From Chiloscyllium plagiosum (Eukaryota), in assembly GCF_004010195.1 (NCBI RefSeq), contig NC_057752.1, positions 11,910,777-11,963,058 on the forward strand: 52,282 nucleotides of DNA, given 5' to 3'. The notes beneath the pieces were generated by a model. The model was not told where the DNA came from. It worked only from the letters and a program-made list of their open reading frames with translations, and made no database searches. This document shows, piece by piece, positions 1-12,659 of this stretch (its first letter is position 1; each line of letters starts with the position of its first letter). The translations under genes were made by a program, and so were the position numbers.

Positions 1-60
1 TCCCTCCCTCCCTCTCCTCCGCCCGCCCCCTCCCTCCCTCCCTCTCTCTCCACTCTCGTG
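1..60. repeat. CT-rich low-complexity tract
   Basis: (TCCC)n/(TC)n runs at the window start. Confidence 0.8.
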
Positions 61-334
61 CTCTCATTCTACAAAAGCTTGAGTTCTCTCTGCTGCTAGA
101 GTCATTATTGGTGTTCCTTCTCCTGGACTTGGGAAGGTAGCAAGTGAGCAAATCTGGTTTGTTGAATTTGCCTTTACCAAGGGTGTATTTATAGGATGCT
201 GTGATATTTGAACAATTAATTAGTAGTTAAATAATATTATTTTAAGTATTTTGATAGTTAAAGTTATGCTAATTCTTTTTGTTGCTTATATTTTAACTTG
301 TCTAAGAACAAAACGTGTTGTTTAAAGCCTAGTA

Positions 335-550
335 CAGTTGGTTCTGCTATAATGCTTTTCTTTAACAATCATTGACTATAACACGATGGGAGAATTTAGA
401 CCATTATTTGTAGGACGTGATCTTTCTCTACCTGCATTGGCTATTGCATGATTCTGGTCCCATTGGTTTAAATGGTGCTACTATTACGTGATTTCTTATA
501 ACACGAGATCGCATTGGAATGGAACTATCATGTTATAGCAGGACAAACTG
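335..550. mobile_element. Tc1/mariner (pogo/Tigger-like) MITE
   Basis: Imperfect TIRs CAGTTGGTTCTGCTATAA ... TTATAGCAGGACAAACTG, flanked by TA at 333-334 and 551-552; no coding capacity. Confidence 0.8.
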
Positions 551-669
551 TAGTCTGACCAATCACATCACATCTGGAAAGCAGCACCTTCCACTTGCCT
601 TTAAATAAAATAAAAGTTACGGTCTAGGCTATTTCTTGATCTGTTTTGAGGAACTTGGTCTGGTTAATA

Positions 670-925
670 ACAATGGTCACATTTGAAATAATTAAAAATC
701 GGGAATAAAAAACTAGTCTAATGACAATGATGTAACCATTGTCAATTGTCATTAAACTCATCGAGCTCGCTAATGTCCTTTAGGGAAGGAAACTGCCATC
801 CTTATCTGATCTGGCCTACATGTGACTCCAGACACACACAATTGATTCTTGCCTGTCCCTAACTGGCCAGAGAACAGTTAATAACTACAGGGCTAACTAG
901 GGACACCCACATCTTGTGAACAAAT
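670..925 (+). mobile_element. SINE remnant (family also at ~10800, ~27480 and ~33855)
   Basis: Shares the block TCCTTTAGGGAAGGAAA..GCCATCCTTA..TGGCCTACATGTGACT with the other copies. Confidence 0.6.
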
Positions 926-1034
926 AGAACAAAAATTGTTGTCCTGTTTTAGTATAGAAATGGCAGCATTTTAACAATGAGCCAGAGCTTCAGTGACATT
1001 GAAACTCTAATGAGACCTTTTGGAAACCTTTCAG

Positions 1035-1151
1035 CATCATTCACGACGTGTGTATGAGATTCTTCGGCTACGTGTGACCAACATGAGTGATCCAGCGCAA
1101 AGCAGCGAGTACCGACTGGATGTGAAACGCAGACTTGCTATTCCTTTTAAG
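1035..1151 (+). CDS. HAT1: Histone acetyltransferase 1, penultimate coding exon
   Basis: tttcAG acceptor (1033-1034), GTattt donor (1152); 117 bp, phase 0-0. Encodes HHSRRVYEILRLRVTNMSDPAQSSEYRLDVKRRLAIPFK, matching vertebrate HAT1 QHARRVYEILRLLVTDMSDAEQYRSYRLDIKRRLISPYK as recalled. Confidence 0.95.
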
Positions 1152-1293
1152 GTATTTCAATCTATGAAGAACAGATCTGGAGCAATGATTTTTGGAGGTG
1201 GACGTAGGAAGAGGATGAATGGAGACATGGGTGGGGATACCAAAGTAAAATGTAAGGGTCATCCACTCTACATTCCTGACCATGTTACATGTT

Positions 1294-2900
1294 AGAACAT
1301 AGAAACATACAGCATAGAACAGGTCCTTCGGCCCACGATGTTGTACCGAGAATTATTCCTAATCTAAATAAAATAACCTAGCCAAGCACCCCTCAATTCA
1401 CTGCTGTCCATGTGCATGTCCAGCAGTCGCTTAAATGTCCCCAATGACTGGTACCACCACCACCGCTGGCAGCGCATTCCATGCATTCACAATTCTCTGC
1501 GTAAAGAACCTACCTCTGACGTCTCCTCTATACTTTCCTCCTAATATCTTAAAGCTATGACCCCTCGAGTCAGTCAATCCTGCCCTGGGAAAAGTCTCTG
1601 GCTATCGACTTCACCCATGCCTTTCATTACCTGATCGAGGTATAGAAGGTAACCTCTCTTCCTCCTTCTCTCCAGAGAAAAAAGTTGGAGCTCAGTCAAC
1701 CTCTCTTCGTAAGACCAGCCTTCCAGTCCAGGCAGCATCCTGGTAAACCTTCTTTGCACCCTCTCCAAAGCCTCCATATCTTATAATAGGGTGACCAGAA
1801 CTGGACACAATATTCCAAGTGTGGTCTCACCAGGGTCTTGTAGAGCTGCAGCAAAACCTCGCGGCTCTTAAACTCGACCCCCCTGTTAATGAAAGCCAAA
1901 ACACCATATGCTTTCTTAACAACCCTATCCACTTGGGTGGCAACTTTGAGAAAACTATGCACTTGAATATCAGGATCCCGCTGTTCCTCCACACTGCCAA
2001 GAATCCTGTCTTTAATCCTATATTCAGCATTCGAGTTTGACCTTCCAAAATGCATCACTTCGCATTTATCCAGGTTGAACCCCACTGCCATTTCTCCGCC
2101 AAGCCCTGCATCCTGTCTGTGTCGCACTGCAACCTGTAACCGCCTGTAATAATACTATCAACAGCACCTCCAATCTTTGTGTCATCGGCAAATTTATTAA
2201 CCCACCCCTCAACCTTCTCATCTAAGTCATTTATAAAAACTACAAAGAACAGAGCCCTGCGGGACACCACTCAACACTGACCTCCAGGCAGAATACTTTC
2301 CATTTACAACCACTCTCTGCCTTCTGTCAGCCAACCACTTCTGAATCCAGACAGCCAAATCTCCCTGTATCCCATACCTGCCTGACTTTATGAATGAGCC
2401 TACCATGAGGAACCTTATCAAATGGCTTGCTGAAGTCCATATAAACCCCATTCACTGCTCGACCTTCATCGACCTGTCTTGTTACCATCTCAAAGAACTC
2501 AATAAGATTTGTGAGGCATGACCTGCCCTCTCAAAGCCATGCTGACTGCCTTTAATCACACTATGCTTTTCCAAATAGTCATAAATCCTATCCCTCAGAA
2601 TTCTTTCCAAAGCCTTGCTGACCACAGACGTAAAACTCTGACTGGTCTGTACTTGCCAGGGTTTCCCTATTACCCTTCTTGAAAACAGTAACAACATTTG
2701 CCTCCCTCCAATTCTCCGGTACGACTCCCATGGAGAGTCAGGAAGCAAAGATCTTTGCCAGCAGCTTAGCAACTTCCTTTCCCGGAGCAACCAAGGATAA
2801 ATCTGGTCTGGCCCTGGGGATGTATCGATCTTAATGTTTTCCAATAATTTCCAGCACATCAACTTCATCCATCTTGATCTATTCAAGCCTATTTCCCAAC
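1294..2900 (-). mobile_element. CR1-clade LINE, 5'-truncated and degenerate (RT region and 3' tail) in HAT1 intron
   Basis: Frameshifted ORF2 pieces: [45 protein letters not shown]; simple-repeat 3' tail near 1294. Confidence 0.92.
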
Positions 2901-2914
2901 TAGAAAAAAGAGCC

Positions 2915-5900
2915 AAGAAAATTTACAGTCCAGGAACAGGCCCTTCTGCCCTCCAAACCTGAGCTGATCAAAATCCACTGTCTAAACCTGTCACCCAATT
3001 CCTAGGCATCTGTATCCCTCTGCTTCCCCACTTCCTCTCACATTTGTCCAGATGCATCTTAAATGAATCTACCGTGCCTGTCTCTATTATCTCTGCTGGC
3101 AACGTGTTTCAGACGCCCACCACCCTCTGTGTGAAGTACTTACCGTGTGTATCCCCCTTAAACTTTTCACCTCTCGCCTTGAAAGCATGACCTCCCGTTA
3201 TTGAATCCCTCACCCTGGGAAAAAGTTTATCTCTGTCTACCCTGTCTATACCCTTCATGATTTTGTAGACCTCAATCAGGTCCCCCCTCAATCTCCTTTT
3301 TTCTAATGAAAACAATCCTAACCTACTCAACCTCTCTTCATAGCTTCCATGCCAGGCAACATCCTGGTAAACTTTATCTGCACCCTCTCCAAAGTGTCCA
3401 CATCCTTTTGGTAATGTGGCAACCAGAACTGTGTACACAGTATTCTAAATGCGGCCAAACCAACGATTGTATAATTTTAACATAACTACCAGCTCTTCTA
3501 CTCAATACCTCGTCCAATGAAGGCAAGCATACCATATGCCTTCTTGACCACTCTATCCACCTGTGCAGCAACCTTCAGGGTACAATGGACCTGAACTCCC
3601 AGATCTCTCTGCTCATCAACTTTTCCCAAGGCTCTTCTGTTTACTGTATAAATCACTCTAGAATTAGACTTCCCAAAATGTATCACCTCACATTTGCCTG
3701 GATTGAACTCCATCTGCTACTTCTCCGCCCAACTCTCCAGTCTGTCTATATTCTCTTGTATTCTTTGACAGTCCCCTATACTTTCTGCTACTCCACCAAT
3801 CTTTGTGTCATCTGCAGACTTGCTGATCATACCAACAGTGCCTTCTTCCAGATCATTTATATATTTTACAAACAACAGTGGCCCCAACATTGACCCCTGT
3901 GGAACATCAGTGGTCACCTTTCTCCATTTCGAGAAACTCCCTTCAACTATTACTCTCTGTCTCCTGTTGCTCAACCAGTTCTTTATCCACCTGGCTAGAA
4001 CACCCTGCACACCATGTGACTTCACTTTCTCCATTCGTCTACCATGGGGAACCTTATCAAATGCCTTACTAAAGTCCATGTATATGATATCTACATCCCT
4101 TCCTTCATCTATCAACTTGATCACTTCCTCAAAAAACTCTAAGTTAGTAAGGCACGATCTCCCCTGCACAAAACCACGTTGCCTGTCACTGAGAAGCCCA
4201 TTCTTTTCCAAATATAAATAGATTTTATCCCTCAGTACCTTCTCCAGCAACTTTCCCACCACTGACGTCAGGCTAACTGATCTGTAGTTACCTGGATTTT
4301 CCCTACTCTCTTCCTTGTATAAGGAGACAACGTGAGCAACCCTCCAGTCCTCCGGCACCTCACCTGTATCTAAGGATGCTACAAAGATATCTGTCAGGGC
4401 CCCAGCTACTTCCTCTCTCACCTCCCTCAGCAACCTGGGATAGTTCCTCAAAGTTTTCATTCACAACAAGGTCCCTTTCATTAGTGAAAACCAAAGCAAA
4501 AAACTCATTTAGGTCTTCCCCTAGCTGCTCGGACTCCACGCACAAGTTCCCTCCGCTATCCCTAACTGGTCCTACCTTCTCTCTGATCATTCTCTTATTC
4601 CTCACATATGAGTAAAATGCCTTTGGGTTCTCCCTAATCCTTCCCGCCAAACCTTTTTCGTGCCCCCTCCTGGTTCTCCTCAGTCCATTTCTGAGTTCCA
4701 TTCTAGCAAGCTTGTAATCCTTTAAAACAGTACGAGACCCTTGCTTCCTCCACCTTACGTACGCTGCCTTCTTCCTTTTGATGAGAAGCCCCTCTGTTCT
4801 TGTCATCTAAGGCTCTTTAATCTTACCCCTTCTTGCCTGTCTCAGAGGAACAAATTAGTGCATCACTCCCAACAACTGCTCCTTAAACAGTCTGCACATG
4901 TTTGTTGTGCCCTTTCTAGGGAACAATTACTCCCAATCTGTACTTCCCAACTCCTGTCTGATAGCATCATAATTTCCTTTTCCCGAATTAAATATCTTCC
5001 CATGGGAACTGCTCCTTTCCCTCTCCGTGGCTATGGTAAATGTGAGGCAGTTATGGTCACTGTCACCAAAGTGTTCTCTCACCAGGAGATCTGACACCTG
5101 TCCTGGCTCATTGCTGAGCACCAAATCCAAAATTGCCTCTCCCTCATCGGTCTGTCTACATACTGAGTAAGGAAACCTGACAAAAATGGCTCCATCCAAA
5201 CGATCTGCACTTAGGAGGTTCCAGTCAATACTGGGAAAGTTGAAGTCACCCATAACAACAACCCTGCTACATCTGCGTTTTTCCAAAATCTACCAGCGTA
5301 TGAGTTCTTCGATCTTCCTACTTCTGTTTGAGGGTTTTCTCCAGACCCCCTATGAGGTGACTGCTCCTTTGCTGTTCCTAACTTCCACCTATACTAACTC
5401 AGTAGACAAACCTTCCTCGACAACCTCCGTTTCTGTAGCTGTGACGCTCTTTCTGATTAGCATTGCTACGCCGCCCTTCTCTTTTTCCACCCTCCCTATT
5501 CTTGTTAAATATTCTCAACCCAAGCAACCATTCCTGCCCCTGTGAAACCCATGTCTCCATTATGGCCACAACATCATAGAGCATGGATCAGTACTTGGGA
5601 CTAAGTTCATCACTCTTATTTCTGACACTCCTTGCGTTAAAACAGACACACTTTAACCAATTCCTTTGTTTCATCAAGTGAAAAACCTTCCTGATAGATT
5701 CACCACATCCTGTCACTGCCCTGTCTAAAACTGCTCGCCCCCCTCAGATGTATAGCTCTGGTTCCCACCCCCCCTGCCAAACTAGTTTAAACCCTCCCAA
5801 ACCATACGAGCAAATCTCCCACCCAGGACATTGTGCCCCTCCAGTTCAGATGCAACCCGTCCTCCATGTGCAGGTCCCACCTTCCCCAGAAGGTATCCCA

Positions 5901-6100
5901 ATGATCTAGATATCTGAAGCCCTCCCTCCTGCACCAGCCTCGCAGCCATGTATTAAGCTGCACTCACTCACTGTTCCTCACTTCACTATCTTGTGGCACC
6001 GGTAGCAAACCTGAGATCACTACTCTACTTGTCCTGCTCTTCAGCTTCCAACCTAGCTCTCTGTAGTCACTTTTCAGATCTCAATCCCTTTCCTGGCTAT
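2915..6100 (-). mobile_element. CR1-clade LINE, longer degenerate copy (ORF1 esterase end, endonuclease, RT) in HAT1 intron
   Basis: DGLHLNWRGT esterase motif near 5850; YDVVAIMETW and VVMGDFNFPSIDW (APE endonuclease); [13 protein letters not shown] and PQGSMLGPLLF (RT). Confidence 0.93.
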
Positions 6101-6233
6101 ATGTTGGATGCAGTAGGGAATCAAAAGAGAGGGAAGAACGTTAGAAGATTTTCTGTGCTGTGTCCTTTCTGATCCCAAGTGCAGAGACCTCCTCTGTGGG
6201 AGCTTTGTTTCATTTCTTGTTTAACTCTTCCAG

Positions 6234-6398
6234 AAAAATAAAAAAGAAGCAACACGTCTTTCCCGGTTGATGCCAGAAGATTGGCTTGCACAGCAGGCAG
6301 AGATGAGTGTAAGCCAAGAGCAGGAGTACTTGGAGGAGACCTATCAGAGCACTGTGGAACAGTACCGACGTATCCTGGAGCGCTTAGCACGTGTCTGA
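6234..6398 (+). CDS. HAT1: Histone acetyltransferase 1, last coding exon
   Basis: Polypyrimidine tract and cAG (6232-6233), phase 0 as required by the previous exon. Encodes KNKKEATRLSRLMPEDWLAQQAEMSVSQEQEYLEETYQSTVEQYRRILERLARV*, matching the HAT1 C-terminus (..LEESFQELVEDYRRVIERLAQE*). TGA at 6396-6398. Absent from the ORF track. Confidence 0.9.
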   Translation, partial: KNKKEATRLSRLMPEDWLAQQAEMSVSQEQEYLEETYQSTVEQYRRILERLARV

Positions 6399-6793
6399 AT
6401 TCAGTTGCAAATCTTGCTCTTGTCTTGATGCAGGAGTCCAGATTAGTTAACTGGAGATTGTAATATTGCTGCATTGTTCAAGGAACTGTTCCTAATCACA
6501 ATAAGTAAATGGTTTTCCATTGAAATTGGAGCACTCGGTCAATGTGAAGCCTTTCTCTGCTCTTGTGTACAGTTTGCTAAGCGTCAATCAGACAGCAAGA
6601 TAAACATCTTTTTAAAATGTATATATAGAAGCACTGTACTATATATTTTTAAAAAAGACATTTATTCAGTTTTACTCTTGAAATCTCCAGCCATACGTAA
6701 TGGCAATCTATGATTTTGGTGGGAGGATAAGGCCTCGAAAGACTCACTTTAGCAGAGAAAGGCACTGCTTTCTTTTGGTATTGGATAAAAGCA

Positions 6794-6799
6794 AATAAA
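6794..6799 (+). terminator. Candidate HAT1 polyadenylation signal
   Basis: AATAAA about 400 bp after the stop codon, following an AT-rich UTR. Confidence 0.55.
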
Positions 6800-7026
6800 A
6801 ACTTCATTTTTATCTGATCGCTGAACTCTCAAGCTTCCAAAATTAAACCAGTTGAGTCTTTATTCTGTAGCACTGTTTACCTCTGAGAAAGATAAATATA
6901 CCAAATCCTTTTTCCTGTAAACAGTGGGGTACCCTGAAATGGCATTGCTAATACACTCAACAGTGTTAGAATACTACCAGTAGTAGTTTGTAAGGTTTAA
7001 AAAGTATGTATCATACATATATATTC

Positions 7027-7406
7027 ATGATCATTCGGCCACCAGATCTCAACAGTTAGGGTCAGACAGACCAGAAAGCAGGCAAGCAGCAGCAAAGTGT
7101 GCTCAGAGTTCTCTACCCTTTCCTTGCCGTGCATGTACGAGTAAAGGAGCAAGGCTATCTTTCCAACAGGGGCAGACAGGCCTGGCTAATAATGGTAGAT
7201 AAAAGAACTCTGCCATGACTGCCAGGGTACCGAAAACGATCAGCAGGAATCTGCTTCAAACAACTCCGGAATCCAGGTTGCTGAGAGTGAGAGACAAGTT
7301 GGACCTCCTCACTCTGGCGCACCATCAGAGAGAACTGGAAGACGTAGAGAATCCTGAAGGAAAGGAAAGTCAGGCCCGGCGAGATGTGGCCAATAAAGGT
7401 GCCCAT
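7027..7406 (-). pseudogene. TEDDM1/TMEM45-family pseudogene, intronless, internally deleted and 3'-truncated
   Basis: ATG at 7406 gives MGTFIGHISPGLTFLSF (family N-terminus MGxFxGHxxPG). Colinear fragments follow in shifted frames: IVFGTLAVMAEFFY, IISQACLP, IALLLYSYMHGKERVENSEHTLLLLACFLVCLTLTVEIWWPNDH. Confidence 0.8.
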
Positions 7407-9160
7407 GTTGGAGCTGAGGTACTTTGAATGAAGAGATCCTGCTATGATGAGCCTGTCAATCACATACAGCAAGGCAGGCTGTTTTTTTTTGTTTTAGCAA
7501 TTTCTTGGGAACTCCTTTCCAGTTTCCTTTATTCAAGCACCTGTTTTGAGGTGCCAACGTTTTGAAAAGGTTGACCCCGCCGTGAAGGGGAAATTGAACG
7601 GGTTTTAACTGAGTTCAGTGCAATAAACAAATCGAAAGCATGTTATAAAACCTCCGCACCCTCAGACGCAAACACACTTTTGGCATAGGGCACCTGTAAA
7701 ACAGCTGAAATGTGTTCTTGTGCTAAGTGTACTGTTTTGAAAGTTAATTCTTGAGATTTTGTGAAAAGGATCTCTTCTCCGACCCCCCCCCCCGCCCAAT
7801 TACCATACCCTGGAAAATAACACCAAAATATTGTTATTGCTAAACACTGCTGTAACTCTGGTTACAGTCTTAGCTGTAATATTGCACATAGCACACTGGA
7901 AACAGGTGTGGCAGTGCCGATGTGGGATCGCACTGGACAGGTTCCTTCAGCTGCAGGCTATACGTACAAACTGTGTGTGTATTCTGCTGATTTCAATGAC
8001 TGCAGTTTGCCGCCAGGTAACTGTAAGAATTGCCTTGTACCTTTTAAAGGGGAGGCCACGCTGGCTGAAGCAGGTGCTGAAAGTCATTCTACAAACACTA
8101 AGGAATCTAATGTAATCTAGACTGATTCTGGGATTCTTGTGGCATACTGGTAGTGCCCACATCTCTGAGTCTGGAGACCTGGGTTCAAGTACCATTGACT
8201 CGAGCACCATGTCATAAATAAGTTGATTGTAGTTACTTTAATCTGTTGTGATTGTAACGAGGCAAGAACGTCTTTATGGTCTTGGTCACAGAGATAGTAT
8301 CCTCACTGAGCCAGAAGTGAGTTCAAGACCTGCCTGTCACAGGGGTGTACCACAACATCTGCGAACAGATTAATGAAAAATCTATCTCCCTAGACTGGAG
8401 AGGGAAAGTGTACTGTGCCTCTCTATTGTAGTGTAACGATGCTGATAAAGGAAGTTTCAGCAGTTTCAAACCAGTTCCCAGCAGATGTTTCTTTTTCCAA
8501 AGTATCCATATCTTGGCAACGGTCAGCATCAAAACAGCAATTTGCTCAATTCAGAAATTCATCTGATATAAGATGTCACTTCTGCCAGCTTTATAATGAC
8601 CCTTTTGGACTTAGATTCAAACGGTTGTACAGCACAGAAACAGACCCTTTTGGTCTTACTCGTCCATGCTGACCAGATATCCTAAACTAATCTAGTCCCA
8701 TTTGCCAGCACTTGGCCCATATCCCTCTAACCCCTTCCTAGTCATATACCCATCCAGATGCCTTTTAAATGCTGTAATTGTACCAGCCTCCACCACTTCC
8801 TCTGGCAGCCCATTCCACACACGCCACCCTCTGTGTGAAAATGTTGCCCCTCAGGTCCCTTATATCTTTCCCCTCTCACCTTAAAACAATGCCCTCTAGT
8901 TTCAGACTCCCTACCTGTATTGATATCCTGTAAAGAGCATTTATTCTATGTCTCACTGTACCCTTTGATTCTTTTAGCCTTAAGAACTATATCTAACTTC
9001 GTGAAAACATTCACTAGTTTGGTCTCAACCACTTTCTATGGCAGTGAAATCCACAGGCTCACTGTTCTCTGGGTGAAAAAATGTCGCGAACCTAAATTGG
9101 CCTACCCTGTACACTTATACTGTGACCCCTGGCTTTGGGCTCTCTGGTCATCAGGAAAGT

Positions 9161-9405
9161 CCTGTTGTGGTTCTGTTCGCCGAGCTGGAAGTTTTTGTTG
9201 CAAACGTTTCGTCCCCTGGCTAGGCGACATCATCAGTGCTTGGGAGCCTCCTGCGAAGCGCTTCTTTGATGTTTCCTCCGGTGTTTATAGTGGTCTGTCC
9301 CTGCCGCTTCCGGTTGTCAGTTTCAGCTGTCTGCTGTAGTGGTTGGTATATTGGGTCCAGGTCGATGTGTTTGTTGATGGAGTTTGTGGATGAATGCCAT
9401 GCCAC
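9161..9405 (-). mobile_element. Penelope-like element 3' fragment
   Basis: AWHSSTNSINKHIDLDPIYQPL resembles the C-terminus of PLE GIY-YIG ORFs; followed by a hammerhead core. Confidence 0.8.
9200..9239 (-). ncRNA. Minimal type I hammerhead ribozyme motif (PLE-associated)
   Basis: Minus strand: GCA-CTGATGA-T-GTCGCCT-AGCC-AGGGGAC-GAAA-CG-TT-TGC. Intact core boxes, stem I GCA/TGC, stem II, palindromic stem III (AAACGTTT). Confidence 0.7.
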
Positions 9406-12400
9406 CTATAATATTTCAGGGGGAGTGGTCTTGCCAAGACAAGGCATCTCTGTTCCTGTACTCAAATCCTCTTGCTATGAAACATACCCACTTGCCTTCT
9501 TCACTGCCTGCTCCACCTGTACACTTACTTTCAGCAATTGGTGTACAAGGTCTTGTTACACCTCCCCCTTTCCCAATCTATCATCATTAAAATAATCTGC
9601 CTTCCTGTTTTTGCTCCCAAAGTGGATAAGCTCACTTAGCCACATTATACCTCATCTGCCATGCATTTGTCCCCTTATTCAGCCTGTCCAAATCACATTG
9701 CAACATATCTGCTGTATCCTTACAGCTCATCTTCCAACCAAGCTTTGTGTCATCTGCAAACTCAGAAATATTACACTTGGTTCCTCATTAATTATTAACA
9801 TAGATTGTGAAAAGCTGGACTTCAAGCACTGATCATCACTAATAACTGCTTGCTACATGGAAAAAAAGCCAGTTGTTCCTTCTCTTTGTTTCCTATCTGC
9901 CAACCAGTTCTCTATGCATGTACAACCAGTACTACTTTTACATGATAATCCCTCATGGATCTTCTTTAAAATCCAAATAAACCACATCCACTGGCTCCCT
10001 CTATCATCTCTATTAGTTATATCCTCAAATAATTCCATTAGATTCATCAACATGATTTCTCTTTCATAACTGACTGATCATGTCACTGTTTTCCAAGTGC
10101 TGTGCTATTAAGTCTTTTTTAATGGACTCTAGCATTTTCCCAACTACTGATGTCAGGCTTGTCAGTCTATAATTCCCACTTTTCTCTCTACTTCCTTGTT
10201 TAAATACTGGGTTTACTTTAACTATCCTCCGATCCACAGGAGTGGTTCCAAAGTCTATACAGTCATGAAAGATGACCACCAATGCATCCAATGTTTTACA
10301 GCCACTTCCTTATGTACTCTGGGATGTACTTTATCAGGGCCTGAGAATTTATCAGCCTTCAATCCCATCAAATTTCCAATACTTTTCCCTACTAATTCTT
10401 CCAGTTCCTCCCTGTGTTCTCCAATATTTTCTGTTTCTCTCATTTAAAAATTCTAATACCATCTGAGGGCTTACAGTTTTGTTCTTTTGAAGTATTGGAT
10501 AGATTTCCCATGCCTTCAGAAACTGACCTGATAAATGGTATTTGCTGGTACTCCAGGACATCACTCCAGTCCCTTCAGAGAATCAGTAGTGCAATGGAAA
10601 ACTCAGCACTTGGTAAGTAGGTTCCCTGTGTTGTCCAGGTGATGGGTATAGGTACTTATTGCTCAGGTCTTGAATGGAGTTGGCATCCCCTACCATTGCA
10701 CAGCAGAAGAGTAGGGGGTATGGCTGCCAAGGACAGTTGTCTCAGTAATGTTGACTGACAATTGTTGTATATACCACTGATTTTCAAATAGATTGTTCTT
10801 TACAAATGTCCTTTAGGAAAGGAAGTTTGCCATCCTTACCTGGTTTGGCCGACATGTGACTTGAGACCCACAGCAATGTGGTTAATTCTTAAACTACCCT
10901 CTCAGCAATTAGGGGTAGACAATAAATACTGGCTGAGAATATCACATAAAATAAGCACCTGTGACACTGAACACCATAACTTCCCCGCCATCAACATTAG
11001 TATTGAGAAACAAAACTAGACTAGCCATGTAAATGATGGGTGAATTCAGGAGTACCACTGAATATTTTCCATTTGCCTGGATGAATGAAATTTCGACAAC
11101 ATTCAAGAAACTCAACACCATTCAAGATGAAGCAACTTGTTAATCAACGTCCCACCCACTACCCCAAAAATTTACTCTCTCTATCACCAGCAGTGAGTAC
11201 CAACTGGAGGATGTGCTGTAGAAATTCCCCTTAGATAGCACCTTCCAAACCCATGACCTGTCCCAACTGGAAGGAGGACAGCAGATGCATAGGAACAATG
11301 CTACCTGCAAGTCCCCCTCAAAGCCACACATCATCCTGACTTGAAAATATATTATTCCTTTACTGGGTCGAGCTCTTGAAATTCCCTTTCAAAGAGAATT
11401 GTGATCTATCCACACCACCTAGATTGTAGTGGTTTAAGAAGGCAGTTAACCACCACCTTCCCAAACAATTAGGAATGGGCAATAAGTGTCGGTCTTGCCA
11501 GTGATGCTCGGTACCTGGAATAATTTTTTTAAAAATATAATTCTGCTTCTTTCAAATAAAATCCCATCAAAGTAAACAACTTGCACTTCCCCATATTATA
11601 TTGTAGCCTTCATACATCTTACTTTTGCAGAAATAAACCCTGGGTACATTACACTTGATCCCTTCATTTAAGTCATTAATATGGATTGTAAGTAGCTGAG
11701 GCCCCAGAACTGATCCTGGCAGTACTACACTGCATGGAGAAAGTGAGGACTGCAGATGCTGGAGATCAGAGCTGAAAATGTGTTGCTGGAAAAGTGCAGC
11801 AGGTCAGGCAGCATCCAAGGAGCAGGAGAATCGACGTACTACACTGCATACCAACCTAAAAATGACAGTTATTCCCACTTTGTTATCTGTCTATGGGATG
11901 AGAGGTAACATTGGCATGGATTAGTAGAGGCATTGGTTTGGAGATTGCAGCAGTTAATGGTAACAACTAACAGGCAGATTTTGTTTTATTTTAAACCAGG
12001 CATGTTGACTTTGATTGGTCAATGTATTGGCTTGAGAAATGAACCAGCGAGTGCTTGTCATCTATTTTGTTGAGTTGAAACAGATGCAGTGAATGTACAT
12101 GTTCTTTCTGTCTGTAGTTAATTGTCAATAATTATTAATTGCTGCATTCTCCATGGCAAAGCCTCTAGCAATCAGAACCCACTTGTGGACCAATCAGCAC
12201 TCTCCTCTCATACAGTATAAATATTGGCTTTCCGCTTTATTGGTATTCTTGCAAATTGTCCTGACAAGTACAAGATGAAAAGCTTTATCAAAGTGTGCCT
12301 TTTTTCAGCAATGCTCAATGCATGTAAATTATTTACCTCAATTACTCCCTGTGATAATGAGTTTCACATTCTAACCACTCTTTAAGTCAAGACAGTACTA

Positions 12401-12659
12401 TTCCCTAATGGATTGATTAGAGACTATTTATCATTTAAGGACCATAGGTTTGGATTCTTCACAATAGAAGCATCTCTTTGTTCACCCATCAAACCCTTCC
12501 AATAGTTTTAAAGACCCATGCATTTTCTCTTCAAAGGAGTCCCAGTCAATTTCAGTTGGTATTTGTACCTGCTTAATGCTGATGTAACTTTTGTTTCATT
12601 TTCTGTGGTGCTTCTATAATTTTTATTAATTTATGGAGACCAAAGCTGCACAGTATTCT

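Larger units (their letters stand above)
8610..10450 (-). mobile_element. Cluster of old CR1 fragments
   Basis: CR1 3' tail near 8610; GNYRLTSLTSVVGKMLE, SGPDKVHPRV and IENWLADRKQR fragments. Confidence 0.8.

Noticed and set aside
7831..8210. Overlapping short ORFs upstream of the pseudogene
   Set aside because: No recognisable homology or chainable splice sites; probably non-coding.
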